From Candidatus Obscuribacteraceae bacterium (GTDB lineage: Bacteria > Cyanobacteriota > Vampirovibrionia > Obscuribacterales > Obscuribacteraceae), in assembly GCA_044229845.1 (NCBI GenBank), contig JBGASG010000008.1, positions 128,001-192,000 on the forward strand: a DNA stretch of 64,000 bases. Reading direction: 5' to 3'. The notes beneath the pieces were generated by a model that was given only the letters and a program-made list of their open reading frames with translations, made no database searches and was not told where the DNA came from. Position 1 is the first letter of the stretch. The number at the start of each line of letters is the position of its first letter. This document shows positions 49,647 through 59,292 of this stretch, in pieces. The position numbers and the translations under genes are program-made.

Positions 49647-51976
49647 GGATGCGGATTGAGCCGGCTAGCAGATGCGCCGGCTTTCGCAGGGGATGTTGCG
49701 GAGGTGCCCTGGCGTTGCGCGCGCGGGACGAGCATTCTTTGCAAGTGATTCTTCGTCAATGCGTACGTCTTTGAATCGGGATCAGCCGCCAACGCCTCAT
49801 CGATCCAGCCGAGCGCTTTGCTGTACTCGTGCGCATCACGCGCCGCGAGAGCGGCATAGTAATACGCCATCGAGTAGAGATGGTCCGTCTTCAACAAGCC
49901 CCGCTCATTAACCAGATCAATCATCTTCTGCGCTTGTTCGTATGCGACCTGCGGGCGCTTAGCCGGATAGCATGCCCAGATGCAGTAGTAATAGGAGCCG
50001 ATGTAATCCGGTTCTTCTTTGGATACATCGAGAGTCACGTCGACGGCTCTGGCGGCCTCGCCGTTTCTTGCCAGGACGCAGGCTTCCACCATTTTCTTCT
50101 CGATCTGCGCCGCCTTCGAATCAGGATTCAGCACTTCATTCACCACATAACCATTAATGGGACTAGCTAGTTTCTCTCCGTCGGCAACGTAGCGAGATAC
50201 GGAATCGCAAAGCGCCTCCGACATGTTCGCGCCGGAATAGGTGCTGACCAGACCGTAGGGCCAGGCGTTGTAATCAGTCAGCGAGGCAACATTGAGGTCT
50301 TTGTTGAAATTCTGCGCCTGATTGAAGGCGAGGATCTTGGGCTTGATCATCGCCACCCATTCTTTCGATGAAGAGAGGTGGTAATAGCTGTCGGCGAGGT
50401 GCGTCAGTTCATGCGCGATTGAAGACACCTGGTTGAATTGCGTGCTGTCGAAAAAGACATCCGTCAGAGTCATGTACATGTTGCCGGATTGAGCATTCGG
50501 TCCATCACCGTGAAACGCATGCTGAATAAATGTCGGCACCGGCAGTTTGGTTGCCCGCATGATGTAAATATGGTGCCCGTGCCCGGCACGCAAAAGCAGT
50601 CCCGGTGCGCGTCGCGCCAGCAACTTCCAGTCATGCATGAAGACAGTTTTCTCTTGCTCGGTCCACGGCTTGTAGGCAAATCGCGTTTCGCTGTGCTTGG
50701 CATGTGGTGAGCCCGGATCCACAAACTCGACGATCTCTTCGATGGTGGCGGCGTTCTTCGCGTAGATAGCTGCTTGATTGGGAATTGGGTTGAGACCTGA
50801 AAGAAGTGCGGGGGACTGAGTGGTCCAGCTAACTGCATCATCCGGCAACTTCGGCGGGTTCATCTGCACCAGAGTCAGTTGTCTCGTCTCCGGGTTGATC
50901 TCATATAGGTCGAACGCGTTGCGCGCATTCAGTTCGACCTGGACGAATATCTTTTTCCTGTCGGGAGAGAGGTAGAAAGCGCGAGCGTTGCGTCCGACAA
51001 ACGGTGTCAAACTGCAACAGAGCCAGCCTGCCTCGGTCATTTTGTAGAGGTGAATGGCGCCATTGCTGCTGCCTTCTCTGGCAAGAAACAAGGGCGTCTT
51101 GTTGTCGCTGAGCCAGAGCATCTTGCTGATTTTGCCGGGAAACGTAGCAATCACCTGCGGTCGCCCGGTCCTCACTGCGTACAGAGACGAGTTCTGGTCG
51201 AAGGTTTGAACCTTCACGCGCGTTGAGCCATCGGGAGACTGCTCCCAGTAAACCTCATTGGGCGCAGTCCGCTTCTTATCGCTGCTCGCACTCTTATAGA
51301 TCGTCTCCTCGGGAAAGCGCGAAGGCGCCGCCGCTAGAGAAACCAAACCGCTGTACGGGTCGACTTCGTAAACATCGAAGACGCCTCGCTCCTTCAGGTC
51401 TATCAAAGCAAAAACCTTCTTCCGGTCTCGGCTCAGGTAGAAACCCATGGCGATCCGCCACGCGAACGGGGTGAGATTACGGGTTTGTTTCTCCAGAAGG
51501 TCTGTTCTGTAGAGATGCGTGGGGTAGCCATCATTCGACTGCGCGAGATAGACGATTGACTTGTTGTCGCTCAACCAGGCGATTTGTCCGATGTCGTGAA
51601 GAAACACCTGCACCTTGACCAGTTCGCCGTGGTCGTCGAGGTAGATCTCGGTCATTTTATTGCCCAGGTAGTGCCGCACCAGCACTTTGAGACGACCATC
51701 CGGAGACACGGAGACATCGTCGCGATCGGCGATTTTGGTGTTCAGGTGTCCGGTGGAGAGAAGTGGTCTGCCCGGGGCTCCGCCACCGACAACCGTATCG
51801 AAGTCCCCGGTGATTGCCGCGACGTTGGTCATTCCACGCAGGGTCAACGCCGCCCCGTCCGATGCCGTGCGGGTCACGCACTGCTCGCCCTGAGCGCTTT
51901 GAGCGAGTGCCGGCAGAGGTCCGGCAGACACGACGACACAGCCGGCAGCGATAGTTGAAATCAGGGCTTTGCGCAT
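49643..51976 (-). CDS. Secreted protein: duplicated beta-propeller module + HEXXH zincin + TPR
   Basis: Signal peptide ending in ALA; two SPDG...WLSDNK...HLY...LTPF...FYLS.DRKK modules; IAHELTH and downstream Y...N.SE; C-terminal TPR. Confidence 0.75.
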   Translation of the reverse strand: MRKALISTIAAGCVVVSAGPLPALAQSAQGEQCVTRTASDGAALTLRGMTNVAAITGDFDTVVGGGAPGRPLLSTGHLNTKIADRDDVSVSPDGRLKVLVRHYLGNKMTEIYLDDHGELVKVQVFLHDIGQIAWLSDNKSIVYLAQSNDGYPTHLYRTDLLEKQTRNLTPFAWRIAMGFYLSRDRKKVFALIDLKERGVFDVYEVDPYSGLVSLAAAPSRFPEETIYKSASSDKKRTAPNEVYWEQSPDGSTRVKVQTFDQNSSLYAVRTGRPQVIATFPGKISKMLWLSDNKTPLFLAREGSSNGAIHLYKMTEAGWLCCSLTPFVGRNARAFYLSPDRKKIFVQVELNARNAFDLYEINPETRQLTLVQMNPPKLPDDAVSWTTQSPALLSGLNPIPNQAAIYAKNAATIEEIVEFVDPGSPHAKHSETRFAYKPWTEQEKTVFMHDWKLLARRAPGLLLRAGHGHHIYIMRATKLPVPTFIQHAFHGDGPNAQSGNMYMTLTDVFFDSTQFNQVSSIAHELTHLADSYYHLSSSKEWVAMIKPKILAFNQAQNFNKDLNVASLTDYNAWPYGLVSTYSGANMSEALCDSVSRYVADGEKLASPINGYVVNEVLNPDSKAAQIEKKMVEACVLARNGEAARAVDVTLDVSKEEPDYIGSYYYCIWACYPAKRPQVAYEQAQKMIDLVNERGLLKTDHLYSMAYYYAALAARDAHEYSKALGWIDEALAADPDSKTYALTKNHLQRMLVPRAQRQGTSATSPAKAGASASRLNPHP

Positions 51977-52278
51977 ATCGCTTATTTTAGTACATGAGCC
52001 TAGCTGGTGCTGTTTCGTTCCGGCGTGCAACGAGATTAGCCGAGACATTCTCTGCACCATATATGGTGCGCAGCCCTTCAAAGTTTCTTCCCCAAAGATG
52101 TCGTGACGCGGGAGTTTCTCTTGATATGCCGGGAAGTATGTAGGTCATACAGGCAGCCCCATAATTTGCATGTAATCAACTAGCAAATCGACCGCAGATC
52201 GAATATCTTTGTACACCTCATCCACCACTGACGCGCACCAATTTCGGCGGCGCGGCGATATCTGTCGGCAGGGGCACC

Positions 52279-52650
52279 ATGCAAACATCAAACTATCTCG
52301 CTCTACTGGCAACTTACCAACAATCCGCCGCCACAGCTTTGAAACGCGGGCAGTGGATGAAAGCGGCTCGGGTACTCAGAGACGCACTGCGCGAGTGCGA
52401 AGAAGTCGGCGAGTTGCATGAAGGTCTGACTGCCACCGCCAACCAGTTGGCCGAAAAACTAATCGACCAGCACAAGTACTCGGAAGCGGAAATACTTTAT
52501 CGGGCAGTGCTGGAAGTGCGCGAAAAACTCTTCGGCACCAACCACCCGCAAGTTACTGAAAGCCTGCAAAAGCTGGCTGTCCTGCAGATCACTACGTTCC
52601 GCGCCGAAGCGATGGGCAAGAACTTTCCCGGCGTCGCTGCAGCCAGCTGA
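52279..52650 (+). CDS. Small TPR protein (kinesin light chain-type repeat)
   Basis: QLAEKL...KYSEAEILYRAVLEVREKLFGTNHPQVTESLQKLA. Confidence 0.8.
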   Translation: MQTSNYLALLATYQQSAATALKRGQWMKAARVLRDALRECEEVGELHEGLTATANQLAEKLIDQHKYSEAEILYRAVLEVREKLFGTNHPQVTESLQKLAVLQITTFRAEAMGKNFPGVAAAS

Positions 52651-52656
52651 TCTCAG

Positions 52657-52929
52657 TTAAGAAGCTTCGCCAGTCGGGTTGCTGACCGGGTCGATCGGAG
52701 CCAGTGCGCTGTCCGGTCCCGCCAGAGGTTCGTAATCGATTTGCAGCCGCTCTTCGATACTGATCATCATCTGATATAACTCGCGCGCCTGCTCAACGTT
52801 GCCGCGCTTGTGATAGAAGACCGCCAACCTCTGCAACTCGTACAGATTGCGACGCAGAGCTTTCTCGATCTCGGTAGGCTGCGAGATCTGCCGGTGATTG
52901 CTGTCGACGTTTCGTTGAGGCTCTGCCAT
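52657..52929 (-). CDS. Small single-TPR-like protein
   Basis: AGGAAGGG RBS; LQRLAVFYHKRGNVEQARELYQMMISIEER. Confidence 0.7.
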   Translation of the reverse strand: MAEPQRNVDSNHRQISQPTEIEKALRRNLYELQRLAVFYHKRGNVEQARELYQMMISIEERLQIDYEPLAGPDSALAPIDPVSNPTGEAS

Positions 52930-52954
52930 TTGCCCTTCCTAAATGTCTTGAGTT

Positions 52955-52982
52955 AAAGAATAGCCTTTAGAGGCTATTCTTT
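52955..52982. promoter_or_regulatory. Perfect 12-bp inverted repeat between divergent genes
   Basis: AAAGAATAGCCT-TTAG-AGGCTATTCTTT, overlapping a TTGACA at 52981. Confidence 0.55.
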
Positions 52983-53117
52983 GACATTGGTCTAAACCCA
53001 TAAATTTCACTCTCGGAACCCCAAGATCAACTCATCAGTTTTATAATGCCTGAGCGCATCCAGATTGGATTTAGCGCTACCAGACAGACCGGCGGCCGGA
53101 CGCAATTAGGAGTGCGC

Positions 53118-53426
53118 ATGCCTGAATTCATCAAAGTAGCCAGAACAGACGACGTGAAGCCAGGCAAGTCGAAGGCGCTCAACGTCGGCGGCGTGCGGCT
53201 GGCGCTCTTCAATGTCGGCGGCACGTTTTATTGCGTGGAAGACTCGTGCTCGCATCAAGGGGCACCGCTGGCGTCAGGCATGATCGGCGGCAAAACCATT
53301 ACGTGCGAATGGCACGGCGCCACCTTCGACCTGGAGACGGGGAAGGGTTGTGCCGGACCAGCCGGACAGGGCATTCAAGCATATAAGGTACGCGTGGTCG
53401 ATGATCACGTTGAAGTCGAGGTCTGA
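53118..53426 (+). CDS. Rieske-type [2Fe-2S] ferredoxin
   Basis: AGGAG RBS; CSH and CEWH ligand motifs; FDLETG. Confidence 0.93.
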   Translation: MPEFIKVARTDDVKPGKSKALNVGGVRLALFNVGGTFYCVEDSCSHQGAPLASGMIGGKTITCEWHGATFDLETGKGCAGPAGQGIQAYKVRVVDDHVEVEV

Positions 53427-53639
53427 TCAGGGTTTCGGCAGCTGAGCACCAGTCGTGGTGCAACATAGGCTTACCAACAAATGCTGTTGGAAATGGCTGT
53501 GTTCGCCGGTTCCGAGACTTTTCGGCACGCACAAATATAAGAAACCCCCTGCGGACTTAGGCGAAATCCCGTACCCCATGCGACAGATAAGAGCGCAATA
53601 ATTAAATCAGTGCAAAGGTTTTGCACCGGCCCTGATACC

Positions 53640-53664
53640 GAAACAACTCGCCGCATTTTTCGTT
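53640..53664 (+). promoter_or_regulatory. Putative ECF-sigma promoter GAAAC-N16-CGTT
   Basis: Located about 50 nt upstream of the ATG at 53715. Confidence 0.5.
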
Positions 53665-53714
53665 CTTCTATCAAGCGCGACTTGCGCTTCAGAGATAGAA
53701 GAGGAGGCAAACCA

Positions 53715-54251
53715 ATGTCAAAGGTAATCGTAGGCGTTTTCAAAGACTCCAGCACTGCAAGCAGAGCCATTGAACAACTGCGGAATGCGGGATTTGCGCC
53801 GGGTCAGATATCCATATTGGCACCCAACGAATCAGCTCGCACGGAACCGTGGCTGGACACGGCCGCTTCCAACCTTGAGCATGTGATGACACCGGCGGAT
53901 GCAACCTCACCGGCCGACAAGACAGTAACCAGCTATACAGCGGTAGGAGCCGTGGCTGGTGGTCTGGTCGGACTGGCGGCTGCAATTTTGCCGAACGTCG
54001 GTGGCATGCTGGGAGCAGGTCCGCTTCTGGCCGCGATAACGGGCGCGGCTGCCGGCAGTTACGTTGGGACGCTTACCGGTGCACTGGTGCACTTTGACGT
54101 GCCGGAACAGGCAGCGCGTGTATACGAGACCAATGTGTCGTCCGGGAACGTGCTCATTGCGGTTCACACGGAAGACACAGACGAACGCTCGAAAGCGGAG
54201 GACATCCTCGACCAAGCAGGTGCTATCGAAATCGATACCAAAGCTGCATGA
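53715..54251 (+). CDS. General stress protein (YflT-like with glycine zipper)
   Basis: GAGGAGG RBS; VGVF....A..AI..L..AGF...ISI; glycine zipper GAVAGGLVG...AGPL; YE..V..GNVLIAVH. Confidence 0.82.
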   Translation: MSKVIVGVFKDSSTASRAIEQLRNAGFAPGQISILAPNESARTEPWLDTAASNLEHVMTPADATSPADKTVTSYTAVGAVAGGLVGLAAAILPNVGGMLGAGPLLAAITGAAAGSYVGTLTGALVHFDVPEQAARVYETNVSSGNVLIAVHTEDTDERSKAEDILDQAGAIEIDTKAA

Positions 54252-54279
54252 CGACCCGCCAACGGAGTTGCTCTAAACC

Positions 54280-54891
54280 ATGGAAATATATTCGTCAGCT
54301 AACAACCATGAGCTGAGTTTTGCTTACTCATATCAATGGTCTGAGCCTGATCAAGATCTATTCGTTGCCATGAAGATCTTGACTTGCCCAGCCATTGGAA
54401 GTGAAACTCCCTCTTGCCCGTGCGCCCATGAGCAAAGCCAATCCTCACGGATCAGCAGTGCCCTGGCCGCCAATCCGCAGACACCGCCGATGGTGCTTGA
54501 TCACCTGGTCAATTGCGGCGTGCCGGTTGTACTAATCCGCATTGCGGAAAATCCGCGCTCAGGCGCGGAAACGCTCAGAAAACTCGCTGGAAACGAAAGT
54601 GTAAGCGTCCGCGCAGCGGTGGCAGAAAACTATGACGCACCCGCCGATGTGCACAGACAACTAGCCCAAGATGAGTGTGTAGACGTGCGATTTGCCGTTG
54701 CCGAAAACGCCAACTTGCCGCCCGACATACTGGAGATTCTCATTCGGGATGACAATCCCTACGTAGCACATCGCGCACAAACCACATTGACGCGCCTGGA
54801 GGAGAAGACCCGCCAGGTGACCGAGACTTCGCATCTGGAAGTCTGGAATTTCCCGACCAACAGATTCAATCGCAAGCGCGCCAATTCATGA
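54280..54891 (+). CDS. LRV/HEAT-like repeat protein (paralog 2)
   Basis: AANPQTP, IAENP, VRAAVAEN, VRFAVAEN, DDNPYVAHRAQTTL. Confidence 0.85.
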   Translation: MEIYSSANNHELSFAYSYQWSEPDQDLFVAMKILTCPAIGSETPSCPCAHEQSQSSRISSALAANPQTPPMVLDHLVNCGVPVVLIRIAENPRSGAETLRKLAGNESVSVRAAVAENYDAPADVHRQLAQDECVDVRFAVAENANLPPDILEILIRDDNPYVAHRAQTTLTRLEEKTRQVTETSHLEVWNFPTNRFNRKRANS

Positions 54892-54914
54892 TCGCTGGGG
54901 CGTAAAAAGTTCAG

Positions 54915-54943
54915 GCGGGGGCAGTTGTTTTTTCTGCCCCCGC
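54915..54943. terminator. Hairpin between convergent genes, probable terminator
   Basis: GCGGGGGCAG-9nt-CTGCCCCCGC. Confidence 0.65.
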
Positions 54944-54968
54944 ACTAGATTTTGTTTATGGCACAAAC

Positions 54969-55979
54969 TCAGCTGTGCAGGTAATGGCGCATTTCCAGGG
55001 CCCGCGAATTATTGCGCATCTTCTTCATTGCCTTGAATTCGATTTGGCGCACGCGCTCGCGGCTAAGACCCAGCACCGCTCCGCTTTCGGCAAGCGTCAT
55101 TGGATTACCGTCATCCAGCCCAAACCGCAAATTGATCACGTCCTTCTCTTGCTGAGTGAGGATACCGAGCAACGCGCGGATATCTCGACTGAGCAATTGG
55201 GACACAGTTTTGTCCTCTGGAGAAACGGAATTCTCATCCTCGAGCATCTCAGCCAGTGTGCGGTCGAAACCTTCTTTGGTAGTCTGATCCAGCGAGAGCA
55301 AACTCTTCGAGGCGCCCAGAGCGAGCAACACTTTTTCGCGCTCGATGCCGGAATGTTCGACAATTTCTTCGAGCGTCGGGCGCCGACCGAATTTTTCGGC
55401 GCACGAACGGATGACCTTGGAGAGACGACTCATCACTTCCGTCATATGCACGGGAATGCGAATGGCGCGCGACTTGTTGGCGAGCGAGCGGGTGATGCTC
55501 TGGCGAATCCACCACGTCGCGTAAGTCGAAAATTTGTAGCCGCGCTCAGGATCGAACTTTTCCGTGGCGCGAATTAGTCCCATGTTTCCTTCCTGAATCA
55601 GATCCTGAAAGGTGATGCCACGATTGAGATAACGGCGCGCGATACTGACGACAAGGCGCAAATTAGCTTGCACCAGCTTGCGGCGCGCCACCGGATCGCC
55701 GGCTCTGGTAGCACGAGCCAGTTCGATTTCTTCGCGACCGTTGAGCAACCTATGTCGTCCGATTTCGCGTAAGTAGACCTTGGTGGAATCTTCTTCCATC
55801 ATCACGTCTTGCGGGTCGGCAGCCAGTGGTTCGTCATCGGCGCTTTCTTCGCGATAATCGGCATCGTCATGCGGAAGCTCGATATCGGCTATTTCCGCAA
55901 AGTCATGCATAGCGCGCCAGTCGTTTGATTCTCGTTCTACTGTTGCCGTGGCTGAACCGGATTTTGCTCTTTTATTCAT
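54969..55979 (-). CDS. RNA polymerase sigma-70 factor, RpoD/RpoS-like, probably group 2
   Basis: Region 1.2 [11 protein letters not shown]; region 2 [26 protein letters not shown]; region 4 SRERVRQIE. No large region 1.1. Confidence 0.93.
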   Translation of the reverse strand: MNKRAKSGSATATVERESNDWRAMHDFAEIADIELPHDDADYREESADDEPLAADPQDVMMEEDSTKVYLREIGRHRLLNGREEIELARATRAGDPVARRKLVQANLRLVVSIARRYLNRGITFQDLIQEGNMGLIRATEKFDPERGYKFSTYATWWIRQSITRSLANKSRAIRIPVHMTEVMSRLSKVIRSCAEKFGRRPTLEEIVEHSGIEREKVLLALGASKSLLSLDQTTKEGFDRTLAEMLEDENSVSPEDKTVSQLLSRDIRALLGILTQQEKDVINLRFGLDDGNPMTLAESGAVLGLSRERVRQIEFKAMKKMRNNSRALEMRHYLHS

Positions 55980-56194
55980 CTATATCGAATACCCATGCAG
56001 ACGTCACGAACACGGCGAGCCAGACAAGACAGATGTCGCGCAACCTGAATGGTCGCGTTCGATATGAAAGGCGGTGGCTTCCCCGCGTACTATTTATCTG
56101 CCCATGCGTTGCACGCTTAAATCAAAGCGACAACTGAGAACTAATTTCTGTAACGCTCATCCATAGCCGGTCTACGACTGTCGACGCAACTCTT

Positions 56195-58243
56195 CTACGG
56201 CACCCAATCAATAGAATTGGAATCGACGCCGGGCGCATGCAACCAGCCAAACGATCGGGGTGCGCCGGCGCGGTCAACCATCGACAAACCGCCGCCGTTT
56301 TTCAATGTATATATACTAGCGGTACCGGAGGTATCTTTTGTCGGTGCAGCGAATTCGGACAAGCGATTCTGAAAAGTAGAAACTTTGATGCCGGAGGCGG
56401 TGGCGAACGCCGGCGATGAATAGGCGATATCGGTTACCACGCCTGCGACAATGCGGACGGCGAGGAAATAGCGTTTGGCGCCGGTGCCGTTGAAATAGGC
56501 GAGAACGCCGTTCTTCTCGCCAGCATTCGGTTTGCCGAGCAAGGACAGAACATCGGCGCGGGACATGCCAAGCCTGGCTTTCGCGATCGATGCACCGGGT
56601 GTGACCAGCGTCGAAGAACTAACCGGCGCGGCAGATGGCGGAGCCGTAGAACTCGAAGCAGCACTTGCGGGCGCGGGTGATTGCGCACTGCCTGTAGTGG
56701 CAGTGCCAGCCCTGGCCGCCGGTATCCAGGATAGCGAAGCGGGTTCCATATCACCTTTATGCAACAAGGCGACGACTGCATGACTGTCGGATTTTGGAGA
56801 AACTACTGAGAAACCGCCGCCCTTGAAAGTACGCACAAGAAACTGCGGATCTACTTCAACCTGTTTGAACTTGCCCTGGTTCACCGCGAGCGAAGCCAAC
56901 CCCACGCTGTCTTGCGTGCGGAAGAAGGGCGAAGAGAAAGCCACCTGACTGAGGTTGTTGCCGGCAAACTTCAAGCATAGGAAATAGCTTTTGCCTGCCC
57001 AGTACGTGACGGTGTCGCCACTGGTTGACGCCGGCTTACCGAGCATTTCCATCACTTCGGTTTTGCTCATGCCCAAATTGATCCTGCCGACCGAAACACC
57101 CGGCACCAGCAACGTGCGACTCGTGGGCGGACCTGCCGGCACCTGCGCCGCAGCGGCCGGGGGCGTGGCGTGCGTGGACGGAGTCGTGGCATGCGGCACA
57201 GGAGTCGATACGGCCGGCACCGGATTGGTCACCGCCGCAATAGTCTCAGGCGGCACCATCGCATCCGGCACCGCCGCTTTAGATGCCGAAGCCAGTGTCG
57301 ACAAACTGCCGGTTTCGTCGTCCGCCAGTCCGGGATGCCGACTGGTCGGCTCCGCAGCCAAGCGCAGTTCGTTGCCCTTCCACTGACTGGACAGCACAGG
57401 GGTCTGCAAAACGCCGCGCTCGCGCAACACCGTGTCCTGCACCTGGTCTTTGAGCGCCGAAAACACGCTGCCGATCGACGCGTTCGCACCTTGATTGCGC
57501 AGCACTTGCAAAAGACTGGATGTGAACACGCCATTAGCGAGTTTCTTGCTCTCCCATGAAGCTTGATTGTCCTTGCTCGACGCAATCACCATCTGTCCGC
57601 TCCCCGCAGAAAACTCCTGTGCATCGACACCACTGCGGAAAAGTCCCTTCGCTCCAGTGCCGGCAGCAGTCAATCCCCCGCTATGGCAGGCATCCAGAAA
57701 AATCACGACGCGATCACAGTGCACGCGCTGTTTGATATCGCTCGCCAGCGTTCGCATCGACAAGCCGGTCGCGTACAAGTCGTTGACGTCCGTGTCGCTG
57801 GCCACCAAATAATTGTCGCCGCCCACATCAAGGTCTGCACCGCTGCCGTGCGTCGAGAAATACAACACCACCAGGTCGTCCGGATTGGCCACACGCGGCA
57901 GCCACTTGTTGCCCAATTCTGATCTGATGCGCCGGTACGTCGCATCCTGATTGAGGATGACTTTCACATGGTCCTTCGCGAAGCCAGCCTCATTGACCAG
58001 GTAATCGGCAAAGTCCCGCGCATCTTTGGCGGAGTACTTGAGATTGAAGCGGGGGTCCGCGAACGTGCCTATCCCGACGACCAGCGCCCACTTGTCGCGG
58101 ACAGGACGATTTGCCCCGTCGTCGTCGTCATTCGCCATCGCTCGATTGCCGGGCGTGTTCAAACACGCAACGACTATCGCCACGATTCCAAGGTTTCTTC
58201 CCCAGCGACTTCCCAACATGCCGGACATTATACAGAGTCCCAT
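56195..58243 (-). CDS. Secreted caspase-like (C14) peptidase with two C-terminal SmpA/BamE-like repeats
   Basis: KWALVVGI, catalytic dyad STHG and DACHSG; Pro/Ala/Thr linkers; two GMS..(E/D)V...LGKP modules. Start uncertain. Confidence 0.85.
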   Translation of the reverse strand: MGLCIMSGMLGSRWGRNLGIVAIVVACLNTPGNRAMANDDDDGANRPVRDKWALVVGIGTFADPRFNLKYSAKDARDFADYLVNEAGFAKDHVKVILNQDATYRRIRSELGNKWLPRVANPDDLVVLYFSTHGSGADLDVGGDNYLVASDTDVNDLYATGLSMRTLASDIKQRVHCDRVVIFLDACHSGGLTAAGTGAKGLFRSGVDAQEFSAGSGQMVIASSKDNQASWESKKLANGVFTSSLLQVLRNQGANASIGSVFSALKDQVQDTVLRERGVLQTPVLSSQWKGNELRLAAEPTSRHPGLADDETGSLSTLASASKAAVPDAMVPPETIAAVTNPVPAVSTPVPHATTPSTHATPPAAAAQVPAGPPTSRTLLVPGVSVGRINLGMSKTEVMEMLGKPASTSGDTVTYWAGKSYFLCLKFAGNNLSQVAFSSPFFRTQDSVGLASLAVNQGKFKQVEVDPQFLVRTFKGGGFSVVSPKSDSHAVVALLHKGDMEPASLSWIPAARAGTATTGSAQSPAPASAASSSTAPPSAAPVSSSTLVTPGASIAKARLGMSRADVLSLLGKPNAGEKNGVLAYFNGTGAKRYFLAVRIVAGVVTDIAYSSPAFATASGIKVSTFQNRLSEFAAPTKDTSGTASIYTLKNGGGLSMVDRAGAPRSFGWLHAPGVDSNSIDWVP

Positions 58244-58514
58244 TTCCGCCAGATTTTGCGCTCGCGGCAGCTGTGAGGGCTGGGCCCGTTGGACTGCCTT
58301 GCAAATTGTTGATCTTTACGACAAGAGGGGAACGCTGGGAGAGATTTCTTACACCAACCCGAAAAGCGCATCAGCAGCTGGTTTGCGACGACATCTGTCA
58401 TCAACCAGCCGGTCGACCGAAATTATCGTATAGATCAACAATTTCCAAAGCACGGTTTGAGCGCACCCAACCGGTCCGCTGACGTATAAAAATCGAGCAA
58501 AAAATCTAACCCAA

Positions 58515-58952
58515 TCAGGAGGGCGATTGCAGACTGCGCAAATACTTGCGGATCGCCTTGGAGGCAGCAATCAGCTTCAAAAACTGCATGCGCGCCTCTT
58601 CCCAGTCGTTGTTGCGCACCGCGTCTTCGATTTCGCAGCAGCAGAAGGCAATCGACTTCGCACCAACGACGGTGCAGGTATTGCTCAACTCCTGCAAAAC
58701 GCACAACGCAGCGTTGAAGTTTTGCACTTCCAACGCCAATTTCAAATCTGCGAACAGCAGATTGGCTTGATTGAGAAACGTCTGCAGAACGTCTGCGGCG
58801 GCATCGCGCCCAAGTGTCGCCGTCAGGGCAGCAAATTGCTGCTCTATTGGTACGGCACCGCCATTCGCCACCCAGCCCTCAGGCGGGGTTTTCGCTGATC
58901 GAGAGACGAGGTGACTGCCCGGTTCTTCTGACAGTATTCCTGGTTGTGTCAT
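58515..58952 (-). CDS. Stand-alone HPt-fold protein lacking the phospho-accepting His (pseudo-HPt)
   Basis: Aligns by eye to the HPt of 60222..62420 (LQELSNTCTVVGA vs [26 protein letters not shown] vs [13 protein letters not shown]). Confidence 0.8.
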   Translation of the reverse strand: MTQPGILSEEPGSHLVSRSAKTPPEGWVANGGAVPIEQQFAALTATLGRDAAADVLQTFLNQANLLFADLKLALEVQNFNAALCVLQELSNTCTVVGAKSIAFCCCEIEDAVRNNDWEEARMQFLKLIAASKAIRKYLRSLQSPS

Positions 58953-59292
58953 AACGCTACGCGCGGATTCCTAGAACCATCTACGGGTGGTACTGCTAGT
59001 TTCGTTATACAACCGTCAGATGTCCAGCGGCCACCATAAAACACGGGGCAAACCCCAGCACTGTGGTTATCTTAGCTTTACAACTCAATTTCGGACGCAC
59101 GAAAGCCGCCAACCGAAAAGACCGAAACGCACGCCAGGGCCCAAAAGAGTAAGGAGCTCCTTCGCCATTAGCGGTGCAACACAACCGCACGAAGAGCCCC
59201 TTGACATCAACTAACATATCAGCCGCTGAGCTTACCTCGTAAGTCCCAACGGACAGCTTTTGCAATGTTTCGTTACAATCGCCCGAAGGCGC

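Noticed and set aside
56195..58243. Caspase as part of an anti-phage system (CBASS, Avs or gasdermin type)
   Set aside because: It appears exported, and no gasdermin, NTPase, cyclase or TIR partner is adjacent.
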